Shown in pieces: positions 30,801-41,337 of a stretch of 64,000 nt of DNA. This DNA comes from an uncultured Oscillospiraceae bacterium. Lineage in GTDB: Bacteria > Bacillota > Clostridia > Saccharofermentanales > UBA5734. The notes beneath the pieces are model-generated. The model did not search any database. It was not told where the DNA came from and saw only the letters and a list, made by a program, of their open reading frames with translations. Location: contig CAZHQX010000001.1 in NCBI GenBank assembly GCA_964534195.1, forward strand, positions 30,474 through 94,473. Reading direction: 5' to 3'. Positions within the stretch are counted from its first letter, which is position 1. Every line of letters begins with the position of its first letter. The position numbers were made by a program, and so were the translations under genes.

Positions 30801-32207
30801 AAGATATATACAGTTCTGAAAATCGATGAGGTCAGCAATTTGGGTGCCGCCAGAATCAGAATGCGTTCACTCAAGGTTGCTATGCAAGAGCGCGAGAAGG
30901 GCAAAAACTTCAGTACCAGGAAGAAGAAGCCATATACATTGGAACGAATACCATTTACAAAGGAAATGAAGCAGAGGCACACTATTCTGGCTCCGCAAAT
31001 GTCGCCGATACATTTCCGCTTCGTCGAAAGTGTCCTCAATAACCATGGATATAACACGAAAGTTTTGGAAAAAACAACAGCTGAGGACATAGAGACTGGT
31101 TTGAAATATGTTAATAATGATGCGTGTTATCCCTCGATAATTGTTGTAGGACAACTGGTCAATGCGTTTATCAATGGTGGCTATGATCCTGACAACTGCT
31201 CAGTATTCATAACCCAGACCGGGGGTGGCTGTCGTGCCACTAATTATGTCGCTTTTCTCAGGAAAGCTCTTAAGGATGCTGGTTTCCCACAAGTTCCTGT
31301 TGTTGCACTGTCTGCGACAGGAATAGAGAACAACCCGGGATTCAAGTTTACGCTTAATCTTCTCCATCAATGCGTTCAGGCTCTGGTGTTGGGCGATTTA
31401 CTGCAGACAGTATTGTTGCGAGTAAGGCCTTATGAGGCAGAGGCTGACAGCGCCCATAAGCTGTATTTGCGATGGGATCAGGCAATTAGAGAGTTCTTCG
31501 AACAGGATGGTTTCTCTGAATCGCTTGGCCGGCGCCTGCGCTATGGCCAGATAATTGATATGGTGGTTGATGAATTCGACAAACTGCCGCTGATTGAGTC
31601 AGAGCGCAAACCAAGAGTAGGACTGGTTGGAGAAATACTGGTAAAGTTCCATCCTGATGCCAATAACCATGCAGTTGGCGTTATAGAGTCTGAAGGCTGT
31701 GAGGCTGTAATGCCAGGGCTTCTGGATTTCTTCCTCTATACGATCTATAACTCGCAATGGAAATATGAAAATCTTGGAACAAGTGCCAAGGGCGCTTACA
31801 TTTCGAAGGTATTGATCAGATTGATTGAGGGATATCGGGCGAAAATGCGTAAGGTTCTGAATGCGACAAATGGCAAATTTGAAGCTCCTGTACCGATAGC
31901 AGAACTGGGCCGCAAGGCCGAAGGTGTTTTGTCATTAGGTAATATAAGTGGTGAAGGCTGGTTCTTAACGGCAGAAATGATTGAACTGATCGAGAGTGGT
32001 GTGCCTAATATCATATGTGCGCAGCCATTCGCCTGTCTGCCTAATCATGTAACGGGAAAAGGCATGATCAAGGAGCTGCGCAGACAGTTTCCACAGTCAA
32101 ATATCGTTCCGATCGATTATGATCCCGGCGCCAGTGAAGTCAATCAGCTTAACAGAATTAAGCTGATGCTCTCAACAGCCCTGCATCAGCACAGCAGAAA
32201 AATTTAA
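27846..32207 (+). CDS. large fused BadF/BadG/BcrA/BcrD-type double ATPase (2-hydroxyacyl-CoA dehydratase activase-related) protein
   Basis: Two acetate/sugar-kinase-fold ATPase modules ('[14 protein letters not shown]', '[15 protein letters not shown]'), each with a cluster-ligand segment ('[14 protein letters not shown]', '[13 protein letters not shown]'). A Cys-rich '[10 protein letters not shown]...GNRCERG' segment and a long C-terminal domain follow. The start is uncertain (27846 or ATG 27930). Confidence 0.85.
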   Translation: MQVYYHMVQNNIKTDEIINIQTSPRELVMADKIDLPKDAVLKMGLDVGSTTVKIVLIHEDRILYQQYRRHNADSIGELQKAFAEVAELYPDASVSISITGSGGLSVAKWLELSFVQEVIAETEAIRVYDPEADVVIELGGEDAKITYMKPVPEQRMNGTCAGGTGAFIDQMASLLQTDAGGLNELAAKYKRLYPIASRCGVFAKSDLQPLINEGAAREDLAASVLQSVVNQTIAGLACGRPIKGNVIFLGGPLHFLSELRRAYERTLTENVESFKNPPFAQLYVAVGAALLADNEPLPLSEILNRFKTNRKLDHDIGRIRPLFADDNEKRNFFERHDKASVELMDIATAEGPCYLGIDAGSTTTKAVLIDNSGELIFTYYAGNKGNPITSAVKILRKIYEQLPASAYIARSCVTGYGEHLIKAALGIEEGEIETMAHYKSAEFFSPGVDFIIDIGGQDMKCMRVRDGIIDSIMVNEACSSGCGSFIQTFAETLNMDAHTFSLEALASENPVDLGTRCTVFMNSRVKQAQKEGATVGDISAGLSYSVVRNALYKVIKIKDPEALGNKVVVQGGTFLNDAILRCFELVAGREVIRPNIAGLMGAFGAALIAKERFENQPGSLISSENLEGFTVDTELTHCKLCTNHCQLTISSFSNGERFVSGNRCERGAGVSSPTADLPDLFDYKYKRLFRYKPLSLEAAQRGTLGLPRALNMYENYPFWFTLLTSLGFRVIISGQSNHKLFEKGMDSIPSESVCYPAKLAHGHIADLISKGIKTIFYPDLPYEQKEVEAANNHYNCPIVASYPEVIKNNVEDIREHSIKFMNPFLPLENREKLAVRLVEVFADYNVSLKEVKTAVEAAFAEDAKFKQDIRDKGTEILKYLEETGKKGVVLAGRPYHVDPEIHHGIPKMINSLGLAVLTEDAIIQPGLLERPIRIVDQWAYHSRLYEAAAVVAIRDDLELVQLNSFGCGLDAVTTDQVQEILEAQGKIYTVLKIDEVSNLGAARIRMRSLKVAMQEREKGKNFSTRKKKPYTLERIPFTKEMKQRHTILAPQMSPIHFRFVESVLNNHGYNTKVLEKTTAEDIETGLKYVNNDACYPSIIVVGQLVNAFINGGYDPDNCSVFITQTGGGCRATNYVAFLRKALKDAGFPQVPVVALSATGIENNPGFKFTLNLLHQCVQALVLGDLLQTVLLRVRPYEAEADSAHKLYLRWDQAIREFFEQDGFSESLGRRLRYGQIIDMVVDEFDKLPLIESERKPRVGLVGEILVKFHPDANNHAVGVIESEGCEAVMPGLLDFFLYTIYNSQWKYENLGTSAKGAYISKVLIRLIEGYRAKMRKVLNATNGKFEAPVPIAELGRKAEGVLSLGNISGEGWFLTAEMIELIESGVPNIICAQPFACLPNHVTGKGMIKELRRQFPQSNIVPIDYDPGASEVNQLNRIKLMLSTALHQHSRKI

Positions 32208-33691
32208 CCGATCATTTTGCTGAAACCGTCTACCCATTTGCTGTTGCTGACCGCGAACGTATAATTAATTACAACGATATCATTAATATTATTACCCTGG
32301 ACAAAGGCTGGCAGATCCATGCTTATCGAGCGTGGGTCTGCCACATAAATATTCTCATAATGACTGGCCAAATAAGGCACGAAGGCGTTGCCATAGGATT
32401 CCTTGATAACAATTACGCTACGCCCGTTTTTTGTTGAAGTATTGAAGTGGGCCAGAGGATGATCACCTTCAATAAAAGCAAGATATTGGTTCTTCGTATT
32501 TGCTGATTTCTTAATAAGCTCAATACTGCGGCCGTTTTGCATTGTGGAATCCTGATAAGCCATTCCTGTAACGTCAACTGGTGGTTCATAATAGTTGACT
32601 GTATCTGGAGTAGCGGCCAAAACACTGCTCTGAGTATATCTGTACAAGCTTCCAAGGAAACCTCCTTCGATACTGCCATGTGCAAGTTCGTCAAGGGACA
32701 AGGGCTCAAAACCAGCGGCAGACGCAAATGCGCGATAGCCGTAATAGGCTCCTAGAGCTGTCCAGTGGTGGTCGCTGCGAAAATATATATAATCCTGCCA
32801 GTTGGCTGCGAGCTCGCTGTAGGCGTCTACAGAACGCACTGCGGGCGATAAGCGCGAATAGGTGTTATCTATAGCGACCGCCTGTGAGCTGCTGAGTGAA
32901 TGATATTTCTCTGGAGAGTAAAACTCGATAGCTGTTGGTGCCAAAAGGTTATAGACCTGAGCTGACTCTGTTTTTGCTGCCAGTCTGTTAATTAATTCAG
33001 CATAATGATCTGATTTGCTCTGATTGAAACCATAAATTTCCATCGCAACATTATTTACAACTATTACAGCTGAGTAGTCGGCGACTTCACCCTCGACTCC
33101 AGGTGGAGGTACTGGCTCGGTTGGCGCATCCGTAGTTTCTTCCGTCGTTTCCTTGGTAGTTGTTTCAACCGTTGCAGAATCGGTATTTCCAGTTGCAGGA
33201 TCCGTCGTTTCTGCCATAGATTCATCAGTTGTACTTTCAGATGGATCTGGACTTGATTGAGATGTCTCAAGAGGTTTTGATTCTGTACTTTCAGATGGAT
33301 CTGGACTTGATTCGGATGTCTCAAGAGGTTGGGCTTCTGTAGTTTCTGTTATCTCTTCGTCAATCAGGATCTCACCGCTGCCCAAATCATTAGCCGGGCC
33401 CTGAATGAGAGTAACCTGATCATCATCAAACGAGAAGCTCATAAGCTCTTTTGCTGAGTTGTTGACTTTTATAAGGGTATCACGAAAAGGAAACTGATCT
33501 GCAAACCATTTCTCGGTGTCATGGCCGAAGCTGCCATTAATAAAGCTGTTCCAGCTGAAGGAAGGCCGCTGCTGCAAAGCACGATTCTCCTGAGTGGATA
33601 TGGCCTGATCAGGCCAGACCAGCTTGAAAATTGCCAGTATAAATATCGGCATAAGGAACATTATGACAATTTTCTGTTGATGTTTGTTCAC
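32204..33691 (-). CDS. DHHW family protein (AlgJ/AlgX-like putative O-acyl transfer partner), membrane-anchored
   Basis: N-terminal TM segment, acidic S/T/E/P linker and the signature '[17 protein letters not shown]'. Its stop overlaps the stop of the convergent 27846 gene by 4 nt. Confidence 0.8.
   Translation of the reverse strand: MNKHQQKIVIMFLMPIFILAIFKLVWPDQAISTQENRALQQRPSFSWNSFINGSFGHDTEKWFADQFPFRDTLIKVNNSAKELMSFSFDDDQVTLIQGPANDLGSGEILIDEEITETTEAQPLETSESSPDPSESTESKPLETSQSSPDPSESTTDESMAETTDPATGNTDSATVETTTKETTEETTDAPTEPVPPPGVEGEVADYSAVIVVNNVAMEIYGFNQSKSDHYAELINRLAAKTESAQVYNLLAPTAIEFYSPEKYHSLSSSQAVAIDNTYSRLSPAVRSVDAYSELAANWQDYIYFRSDHHWTALGAYYGYRAFASAAGFEPLSLDELAHGSIEGGFLGSLYRYTQSSVLAATPDTVNYYEPPVDVTGMAYQDSTMQNGRSIELIKKSANTKNQYLAFIEGDHPLAHFNTSTKNGRSVIVIKESYGNAFVPYLASHYENIYVADPRSISMDLPAFVQGNNINDIVVINYTFAVSNSKWVDGFSKMIG
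33231..33338 (-). repeat. in-frame 2 x 54-nt tandem repeat inside the DHHW linker
   Basis: Copies at 33231-33284 and 33285-33338 are identical at 49 of 54 nt. They encode an 18-aa '(K/Q)PLETS(Q/E)SSPDPSEST' unit. Confidence 0.9.
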
Positions 33692-33721
33692 CTGATAACC
33701 TCCAGATCTAAGTATATCTTT

Positions 33722-35134
33722 TTAGAAGCGGAAATATAAGAAAGGGTTGAAGCTCGATCCTGCCAGAGCGGCTGTAGCCAAAAACAATATTCCAATATTA
33801 ATGACCACAACAAGAACTGTGTAGGCAGGATGATATGTTTTAACTGCGTGGAGCCTGCCGATCCTTGCGGCTGTTTTCTTCAGAAGTGGTGTAGTAAGAA
33901 CGATCGCGAGCAATAGGAAGAGAAATTCGTTTTGCAGCAGGATCTGTGCTCGGACATCAAAGGCGATGCTTCTGACAAAAAACAATTTGGACAACATCAT
34001 GCGGATATCTCCAACTGTTGTGAAATAGAAGAAGACCCACCCGAAAACAACTATCAACAGTGCGTATATGTGAGAAAACACTGCCGGAAGCTTTTCAAGT
34101 ACTTTAGATAAAAATAGTTTTTCCAGTGTCAGAAACACGAAAAAATATAGTCCCCAGAGTACAAAATTCCAACTTGCTCCATGCCAGAGTCCTGTTAATG
34201 CCCAGACGATAAACATGTTTCTGATCTGATAGCGTCTGTTGCCGCCAAGTGGTATGTAGAGATAATCACGGAAGAAAGTGCTAAGAGAGATATGCCATCT
34301 GCGCCAGAAGTCGGTGATAGAATCAGCGATATACGGGTAGTTGAAATTTTCTTTGAAACGGAAGCCAAACATACTGCCCAGACCTATAGCCATATCTGAG
34401 TATCCGGAAAAATCAAAATATATCTGCAAAGAAAAGGCAATAATTCCGATCCAGGCTTCTGAAGAACTTAATGCCGGTAATCTTGAGCCAATCGTTTGAC
34501 TAACGATCTCACCGGCATGATTTGCGATCAGAACCTTTTTTGCTAAGCCGGTAAGAAATCTGGCAATGCCACCGCTGAAGTTCTCAAGTGTTATTTTTCT
34601 TTTTGTGATCTGCTCGGCAATATCATCATAGCGAACGATAGGACCAGCTATCAGCTGTGGGAATAATGCTAAATAGAGCATAAAGTCAAAATATGATTTC
34701 TGAACCTTGGTTTTACCTCTGTAAAGATCAATAGCATAGGTCAAGGCTTGAAATGTATAAAAAGAAATACCAATTGGTAGTGAGAAGACTGGAACTTTCA
34801 AGTCGATGAAGGGAAGCAGATTTAAATTTGAGATGACAAATCCGCTGTATTTGAAGACTGCAAGAGAACTTAATGAAGCCGTGATGGTTATGATAAGAAA
34901 AAGACGTGATTTGAATTTGCTTGTACGGTACCTATCGATTCCTAAGCCCGCTGAATACACAAGCAGACCTGTCAAAATCATCAATGCGACCCAAACTGGT
35001 TCTCCCCAGGCATAAAAAGCCAGTGAAAATAACAGCAATACTCTATTTCTGGTTTTTACGCTTCCCGACAGCAGATAAACCAAAAGACAAAGCGGAAGGA
35101 AGCCATATAGAAAGACAAGGCTGGAAAAAACCAT
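33722..35134 (-). CDS. MBOAT family O-acyltransferase (AlgI/DltB-like)
   Basis: Polytopic membrane protein. 'FWRRWHISLSTFFRDYLYIPLGGNR' and 'WHGASWNF' include the MBOAT catalytic His region. Confidence 0.9.
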   Translation of the reverse strand: MVFSSLVFLYGFLPLCLLVYLLSGSVKTRNRVLLLFSLAFYAWGEPVWVALMILTGLLVYSAGLGIDRYRTSKFKSRLFLIITITASLSSLAVFKYSGFVISNLNLLPFIDLKVPVFSLPIGISFYTFQALTYAIDLYRGKTKVQKSYFDFMLYLALFPQLIAGPIVRYDDIAEQITKRKITLENFSGGIARFLTGLAKKVLIANHAGEIVSQTIGSRLPALSSSEAWIGIIAFSLQIYFDFSGYSDMAIGLGSMFGFRFKENFNYPYIADSITDFWRRWHISLSTFFRDYLYIPLGGNRRYQIRNMFIVWALTGLWHGASWNFVLWGLYFFVFLTLEKLFLSKVLEKLPAVFSHIYALLIVVFGWVFFYFTTVGDIRMMLSKLFFVRSIAFDVRAQILLQNEFLFLLLAIVLTTPLLKKTAARIGRLHAVKTYHPAYTVLVVVINIGILFLATAALAGSSFNPFLYFRF

Positions 35135-35268
35135 ATACCACTCCGAAGCTTATGATCTGACAAATCAATAATTATTTGACTAATCAGTGCACCTTATAAT
35201 ATAGCTTCATAAATGTCTGTTTTCAATCATAATGTTGCTAACAGATAACATATTACATTTTGCTGACA

Positions 35269-35297
35269 TTGACAGTCTGGGCAACACTCTTTATATT
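35269..35297 (+). promoter_or_regulatory. sigma-70-type promoter for the ECF S-component gene
   Basis: TTGACA (35269-35274), 17-nt spacer, TATATT (35292-35297). The leader is only ~30 nt. Confidence 0.5.
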
Positions 35298-35326
35298 TAG
35301 TACAGACCTATAGAAGGAGCAATAAA

Positions 35327-35935
35327 ATGACTGAGCTGAAAATGAATGACAATAAACCTGATAAGGTTAGACAAGCGATCAGAAAAATAACTTATGGCGG
35401 AATACTGGCAGCTATTGTGCTTATAGCCACGATCGTTTTTCAGTTTCCAATTCCAATGCCCGCGCTTAAGGGATATGTCAATTTTGGCGATGGCGTGATA
35501 ATGGCAGCTGCTATGATCATGGGTCCTTATGCCGCTGTCAGCGCGGCGATTGGCTCGGCAATGGCTGATCTGCTGTCATCATATGTTTTATTTGCACCGG
35601 CAACCTTTATTATTAAGGGCTTAATGGGGCTTTTTGCAGGTTATATGTTCAAGAAGTATCCAAATATCAAATGGTACTCCGCAGCAGGTGTGATTACGAT
35701 CTGCGAAGTAATTATGATCAGCGGCTACTTCATTTTTGAAATGTTCTACTATGCACTGACTAATTCACCGGATGGCCTTGCCAGAGGTGCTATGACAGCT
35801 GCCATAGCGCTGCCTTTTAACGCTGTACAGGGTATAGCAGCGGTGCTTCTCGGTTTGGCAATGCTGCCTGTTGCCAGACGTTTGCGTATCGATAGAACAG
35901 ACGATCACAATACGATAGATCGTGATTTTGTGTGA
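35327..35935 (+). CDS. ECF-transporter S (substrate-capture) component-like membrane protein, substrate unknown
   Basis: ~6 TM segments. 'VNFGDGVIMAAAMIMGPYAAVSAAIGSAMADLL' matches the general S-component pattern. No ecfA or ecfT gene is adjacent. Confidence 0.55.
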   Translation: MTELKMNDNKPDKVRQAIRKITYGGILAAIVLIATIVFQFPIPMPALKGYVNFGDGVIMAAAMIMGPYAAVSAAIGSAMADLLSSYVLFAPATFIIKGLMGLFAGYMFKKYPNIKWYSAAGVITICEVIMISGYFIFEMFYYALTNSPDGLARGAMTAAIALPFNAVQGIAAVLLGLAMLPVARRLRIDRTDDHNTIDRDFV

Positions 35936-36003
35936 TTAAACTCTAATATGGCTTGTTTTATTTGCGAAGCTCAGCCCTGTAAGCTCATGATGAGGATCAT
36001 TTA

Positions 36004-36597
36004 ATGAGAGAACAGCTTGAACGCAGTGAGAGCAAATTGCTTAAACAGGCAAAAGCAGGCGATAGCGAGGCTTTTGCCAATATTGTCGAGCTATATCTGC
36101 CGAAAATATTTAGCTTATGCGTCAAATTGACCGGGAATAAGGAAGACGCTGAAGATTGTGTTCAGGAATCGTTTATCAAAGTTTGGACGTCTTTGGGAGA
36201 TTTTCGGGAGAACTCTTCGTTATATACGTGGATATATAGAATCGCTGCAAACACTTGTAATGATTATTTGCGCAAAAAGAGCAGACATCCTGTTCTGTCA
36301 CTCGAAGGAGATGGTACAGAATCTGATGATGCTCCCTTGGCGCATATTAAGGATGAACGTCCTTTGCCTGATGAGCAGCTGGTAAAAGCAGAGTCGGCCG
36401 AGCATGTCAGAATGCTGCTGTTGGAGCTGCCGGATAACATGAGGGAAGTACTGATTCTAAGGGATCTGCAGCAGCTAAGCTACAGAGAAATATCCAAGGC
36501 TATAGATGTAACAGAAGGAACTGTAAAATCCAGATTGTTCAGAGCCAGACATGAAATGATGAAACTTCTGGAGAAGAGGGAACTATTTGAGCCTTAG
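36004..36597 (+). CDS. ECF-type RNA polymerase sigma-70 family factor
   Basis: Region 2 'YTWIYRIAANTCNDYLRK' and region 4 HTH 'LSYREISKAIDVTEGTVKSRLFRARHEM'. Confidence 0.9.
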   Translation: MREQLERSESKLLKQAKAGDSEAFANIVELYLPKIFSLCVKLTGNKEDAEDCVQESFIKVWTSLGDFRENSSLYTWIYRIAANTCNDYLRKKSRHPVLSLEGDGTESDDAPLAHIKDERPLPDEQLVKAESAEHVRMLLLELPDNMREVLILRDLQQLSYREISKAIDVTEGTVKSRLFRARHEMMKLLEKRELFEP

Positions 36598-36640
36598 TCT
36601 CGTCTAAGCAATAGGTGAGAGCCGGAAAGGAGCTGAAGCT

Positions 36641-37825
36641 ATGAATAGGAAATGCGAACAATTTCAAAATAGAATTCCTGAATATATAGACGGAAGCCTG
36701 CCGGCAAACAAGAAGAACGAGCTGGAGAGTCATCTGGCTGGCTGTAAGGCCTGCAGAAATGAATTTGATAAGCAAAGTGAATGGTTGGCAAGCAGTTTTG
36801 TAAATCAGGAAGAGGCCGATCTGACTCAGGAAGATAAAAATCGATTGCAAGATCAGATAATGACAGCCATTCGTTCCAATGAACAGTCACATAGAGCCGC
36901 TGCTTATATCAATGATTATAAGAAGAAGGCAGATATTCAAGACCAAACATTTATGGAATCTTCCGATAACCTGCCTATCAATTCTATTAGCAACAAGGGC
37001 AATAGAAATGATCGCAAATTCTGGAGAAGTCTGCCAGTTCTATCCGGCTATGCAGCGGTACTTCTGCTGGTTTCAGTAACCGTATTTCTAGTAATGGATA
37101 TGAATTCCCCATCTAAAAGAGAAAGCTTACCAGATAAGGCAGAACGTGCCGTGGTAAATGAAGAAGCAATGATGCCTGCAGCGGTAGATGAGGATATGAA
37201 TTTGGATGTCTACTCAGATGACTCCGCTACGCTGCCGATGATCAGTTCTGAGGCAATGGCAGTTGAGGGTGTTGATGAAACTGCTGCTGCAGCAGTAATG
37301 GAAGATGACGGTTCTCAGGAAGTTGATGCTGGTATGGTTGATAAATGGAAGAGCTTCAACGGACGATTAGGTGATCTTCCTTTGGATCCGGAGCTGTTTT
37401 CAGAGAGCGAAGCTTTTGAGGCTCAAGGTGTTTTCAACTCTTCGAAGGCTCTGCGTATATTGACTACTCAAAGTGTTGAACAAACAGCTGAAACTGAACA
37501 AGCTCCTGACCAACCTGAGGATGCCGGCTCGGAAATTACTTATGAAACGAGTGCTCAAACCTCGACAAACGTATCACATACAGCTGTCGATAAGGTTTTG
37601 ATTTTAACAGCCTGGAATTCCTGGGATATAGTTGACGCGGCGGATAATCTTAAGCATCAGTTGCAGGAAAAAGAGTCAGAATATGATATTATTATACTTG
37701 ACGACTCAATAGGCATTACCAAGATCGAGGAGATGATTGGCTCCGAGGAGGCAAAGGCCTGGCAAGAACAGATCAAAGAGCAGAAGCTTGAAGATCTGGT
37801 CTGGCTGGCATTAATAGCAAAATGA
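36641..37825 (+). CDS. anti-sigma factor (zf-HC2), single-pass membrane protein
   Basis: N-terminal 'C...H(x3)C(x2)C' motif ('HLAGCKACRNEF'), a central TM segment ('LPVLSGYAAVLLLVSVTVFLV') and an acidic extracytoplasmic domain. Confidence 0.75.
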   Translation: MNRKCEQFQNRIPEYIDGSLPANKKNELESHLAGCKACRNEFDKQSEWLASSFVNQEEADLTQEDKNRLQDQIMTAIRSNEQSHRAAAYINDYKKKADIQDQTFMESSDNLPINSISNKGNRNDRKFWRSLPVLSGYAAVLLLVSVTVFLVMDMNSPSKRESLPDKAERAVVNEEAMMPAAVDEDMNLDVYSDDSATLPMISSEAMAVEGVDETAAAAVMEDDGSQEVDAGMVDKWKSFNGRLGDLPLDPELFSESEAFEAQGVFNSSKALRILTTQSVEQTAETEQAPDQPEDAGSEITYETSAQTSTNVSHTAVDKVLILTAWNSWDIVDAADNLKHQLQEKESEYDIIILDDSIGITKIEEMIGSEEAKAWQEQIKEQKLEDLVWLALIAK

Positions 37826-37840
37826 CGGGAGGCTAGTGAC

Positions 37841-40552
37841 TTGGCCGATAAAATAATACTGCTGGACGGAAACAGCCTGATAAATCGGGCATACTATGGT
37901 TTAAACAGCAGAAATCCTTTAACAGCACCTGACGGTACGCCGACGGGTGCTCTTTATGCGTTTATGAACATGTTTATGAAGTATCTTGATGAGCTCAAGC
38001 CACAATATGCTTGTGCCGCGTTTGATCTTAAGGAACCTACGTTCCGCCATTTGGCATATGATCAATACAAGGGAACCAGAAAACCGATGCCTGATGATCT
38101 GGCTGTCCAGATGCCACTTCTCAAGGAACTGTTGGACAGTTTGGGTGTTGCTCGTTTTGAACTAGCCGGCTATGAGGCTGATGATATTCTTGGCACGTTG
38201 TCTTTGGAAGCCGAGAATCAAGGTCTTGATGTAGTTCTTATTACTGGTGACAAAGATAGCTTCCAACTCGTATCCGATAAGACGATCGTTTATCAGCCTG
38301 TAACGCGTGCAGGCAGATCCGATACACAAATTGTTGATGTTAACTATATAAAAGATAAATACAAGGTTCAGCCGGAGCAGCTGATCGATATAAAAGCGAT
38401 CATGGGTGATTCATCTGACAATATTCCTGGTGTTAGAGGCATAGGTGAGAAGGGTGCAATTAGTTTAATTAGTCAGTATGGCAGCCTGGAAAAAGTATAC
38501 GAACATCTTGATGACGTTACATCATCACATGCAAAAAAACTGGTTGAAAACAGAGAAATGGCTGAGCTTTCGTATGATTTGGCAACGATCTGCCGCAGCG
38601 TGCCCATTCCAGGCGGGATCGAGCAATTTAAGATTAAGGATACTGACAAACAGGCGTTGCATCAGTTGTTTATGAAGTATGGTTTCAGAAGCTTAATTGA
38701 CAAATTTGAATTGAGTGGTATTAAGACTGAGCAGAAGAGCATTTATCTGCCTCAGGCAAAGTTCAAATTACTTGATGATATCGACGATCTTGTATTGGTT
38801 GTTTCCAAGGCGCTGTCTAAATCTGATATTGATCTTGTTGTAAGCAGCTCAGATGTTAATTATTTTGCTGCTGTTCTACCAGATGGGTCTTTTTCTGGAC
38901 ATGATATCGTTTTAACGAGATCACAAATGATCAAATTACTGGAGAAGCTGGAGAATTCTGCTTTTGCCGGGGTGCAAGAGCCACATAAAATTGTTTTGAC
39001 AGGATACGATTTGAAATCTTTTTTAGCATCTCTAGAAAGTGCACCTTTTCAAATTGAAGCTCATGATATCATGATTGCCGGCTATTTACTTGACCAGATC
39101 GACGGCAAGCCTGATTTCGGCAGGCTATACCAGAGCGTGACCGGGCATCCCTGGGAGGATGCCGATATTGTACCTAAACAGCTTTCTATTGATTTTGATC
39201 AACTGTCAGGTACAGAGTCAGACAATAAAGCTTCGGCAATACAGGATGTTGAGATGCAGCGAAAGCGTGTTGCAGCTTATTTGCATATTGCTTCAGTCCA
39301 GAGGAAGATGTTTGCAGCAGACATTAGATTGAGCCGTTTGATGTATGAGATCGAAATGCCGTTGGTTTATGTGCTTCGCAGTATGGAAATGGCTGGATTC
39401 ATGTTGGATCAGGCTGCTCTCGACGATCTTGCTGTAGAAATGAATCAGCAGATGTCAGAGCTTACAGCTGAGATTTTTGAATTAAGCGGTGAGGAGTTTA
39501 ATTTGAATTCTCCGAAGCAGCTAGGAGTCGTTTTGTTTGAGAAGCTGGGACTGCAAACAGGTAAGAAGAGAAGCGGCGGAAACTACTCAACTGATGCTGA
39601 TGAGCTTGAGAGACTGCGTGATGATCATCCTGTTGTTGAGAAGGTCATTACATACAGACAGATCAGCAAGCTGAAATCTACTTTTGTAGATGGCCTGATG
39701 AGAGCTGTAGATCAAGAGGATGGCAGAGTAAGAACGACATTCAGCCAGGTTCAAACAGCCACTGGACGCTTGAGCAGCTCTGAACCTAATCTGCAGAATA
39801 TACCGGTTAGAACAGAAGCTGGTACCAGAATTAGACGCGTATTCATTTCGTCACCCGACCATGTTTTACTTGATGCCGATTATTCGCAAATTGAGCTTAG
39901 GCTGCTGGCTCATTTATCACAGGATGAGGCGATGCTGGAGGCATTCAACAATGATCAGGATATTCATATGAATACAGCCTGCAGTATATTTGGCTTGCCG
40001 CCTGAAATGATATCAGCAGATCAACGTTCAGCGGCTAAGACAGTCAATTTCAGCATTGTTTATGGCATCAGCGATTTCGGACTGGCCAGAGATCTGCGAA
40101 TTCCATTAAAAAAGGCTCATGAATATATCAGTGGTTATAACTCAAGGTATCCAGGTGTTAGAGCATATCTTGACAGCTTGGTAGAGGATGCGCGCAGCAA
40201 GGGCTACGTTGAGACAATGCTCGGCCGACGTCGTTATGTTTCCGAGCTTAAGTCAACAAATAGAAATATCCGCATGTTTGGGGAGAGAGCTGCTATGAAC
40301 GCACCGATTCAGGGTACAGCTGCTGATATGATCAAGCTGGCCATGGTTAGAGCTGATCAGGAGTTCAGGCAGCAGGGCTTATCTGCTCGATTGATATTGC
40401 AGGTCCACGATGAGCTCATTGTCGAAGCTCCGGCAGGCGAGGCTGATCAGGCTTCGAAAATACTGCAGAATTGCATGGAGCAGGTTGTCGAATTGTCAGT
40501 CCCACTCATTGCAGAGGTTCATCAGGGTTTAAACTGGGCCGAATGCAAATAG
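37841..40552 (+). CDS. polA: DNA polymerase I
   Basis: 5' nuclease N-terminus, pol motifs A 'DYSQIELR', B 'KTVNFSIVYG' and C 'QVHDELIVE'. TTG start 8 nt after GGGAGG. Confidence 0.95.
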   Translation: MADKIILLDGNSLINRAYYGLNSRNPLTAPDGTPTGALYAFMNMFMKYLDELKPQYACAAFDLKEPTFRHLAYDQYKGTRKPMPDDLAVQMPLLKELLDSLGVARFELAGYEADDILGTLSLEAENQGLDVVLITGDKDSFQLVSDKTIVYQPVTRAGRSDTQIVDVNYIKDKYKVQPEQLIDIKAIMGDSSDNIPGVRGIGEKGAISLISQYGSLEKVYEHLDDVTSSHAKKLVENREMAELSYDLATICRSVPIPGGIEQFKIKDTDKQALHQLFMKYGFRSLIDKFELSGIKTEQKSIYLPQAKFKLLDDIDDLVLVVSKALSKSDIDLVVSSSDVNYFAAVLPDGSFSGHDIVLTRSQMIKLLEKLENSAFAGVQEPHKIVLTGYDLKSFLASLESAPFQIEAHDIMIAGYLLDQIDGKPDFGRLYQSVTGHPWEDADIVPKQLSIDFDQLSGTESDNKASAIQDVEMQRKRVAAYLHIASVQRKMFAADIRLSRLMYEIEMPLVYVLRSMEMAGFMLDQAALDDLAVEMNQQMSELTAEIFELSGEEFNLNSPKQLGVVLFEKLGLQTGKKRSGGNYSTDADELERLRDDHPVVEKVITYRQISKLKSTFVDGLMRAVDQEDGRVRTTFSQVQTATGRLSSSEPNLQNIPVRTEAGTRIRRVFISSPDHVLLDADYSQIELRLLAHLSQDEAMLEAFNNDQDIHMNTACSIFGLPPEMISADQRSAAKTVNFSIVYGISDFGLARDLRIPLKKAHEYISGYNSRYPGVRAYLDSLVEDARSKGYVETMLGRRRYVSELKSTNRNIRMFGERAAMNAPIQGTAADMIKLAMVRADQEFRQQGLSARLILQVHDELIVEAPAGEADQASKILQNCMEQVVELSVPLIAEVHQGLNWAECK

Positions 40553-40608
40553 AACAGCAGTGGAGTTTTAGATATTGAAACTTCTCATGCTTAGGAGGAT
40601 TTCATTTC

Positions 40609-41337
40609 ATGTTTATAATTGGAATAACAGGAGGAATCGGCTCCGGCAAAAGTACTGTAGCTGAGTTTTGCCGTCAGGCTGGCTTCACAGTTCTGGATGC
40701 TGATAGCATATCACGTGAGGTGACTATGTCGGGAGGGGCAGCATTGCCCGAAATAATAGAGATATTTGGGACTTCTGTTCTTAACAGCAAGGGGGCGCTG
40801 GATCGAGAGAGAATGGCCAGAAGTGTTTTTAGTGATAAACGTCGTCTTGACCAGCTGAGTGCCATAATTCATAAGCATGTCATAGAGCAGATTATGGATC
40901 GGACAGAGAAGCTCAAGAAATCCAAAGAGAAAGCAATTTTCCTTGATGTACCGATTCCAGTCAAACATGGATTTTTGGATATCAGTGATCAGATATGGGT
41001 CGTATGGGCTGAGGATGATGTAAGAATAAAACGGCTCAGAGCGCGTGGGATGTCTGATGATGAAGCAAGAAGACGCATGCAAATGCAAATGACAAATGAA
41101 GAGTATCTTCGCCTGGCAGATCGTCAAATCGATAACAGCTCTGATCTTGATGCTCTGCGAGAGCAGGTATTAATTCTGATGCAGCAGGAGCTCGCTTCAC
41201 GCGGAATCAGATTCAACAAGCTGGAAGATCCAGATAGCAAGCCGGATGATCATGAAAATAGTGATGATAGCGAAATCAAGGCAGATGAACGAGAACAGGA
41301 TAATGAGGCTCAGGTGACCGAAAATGAAGCTGAATGA
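40609..41337 (+). CDS. coaE: dephospho-CoA kinase with an acidic C-terminal tail
   Basis: P-loop 'GITGGIGSGKST'. The ~45-aa Asp/Glu-rich C-terminal extension is not part of the canonical enzyme. Confidence 0.9.
   Translation: MFIIGITGGIGSGKSTVAEFCRQAGFTVLDADSISREVTMSGGAALPEIIEIFGTSVLNSKGALDRERMARSVFSDKRRLDQLSAIIHKHVIEQIMDRTEKLKKSKEKAIFLDVPIPVKHGFLDISDQIWVVWAEDDVRIKRLRARGMSDDEARRRMQMQMTNEEYLRLADRQIDNSSDLDALREQVLILMQQELASRGIRFNKLEDPDSKPDDHENSDDSEIKADEREQDNEAQVTENEAE

Noticed and set aside
35135-35326. Possible riboswitch (preQ1, TPP or FMN) upstream of the ECF S-component gene.
   Set aside because: No conserved riboswitch blocks were seen. The best promoter (35269-35297) leaves only a ~30-nt leader, which is too short for an aptamer.
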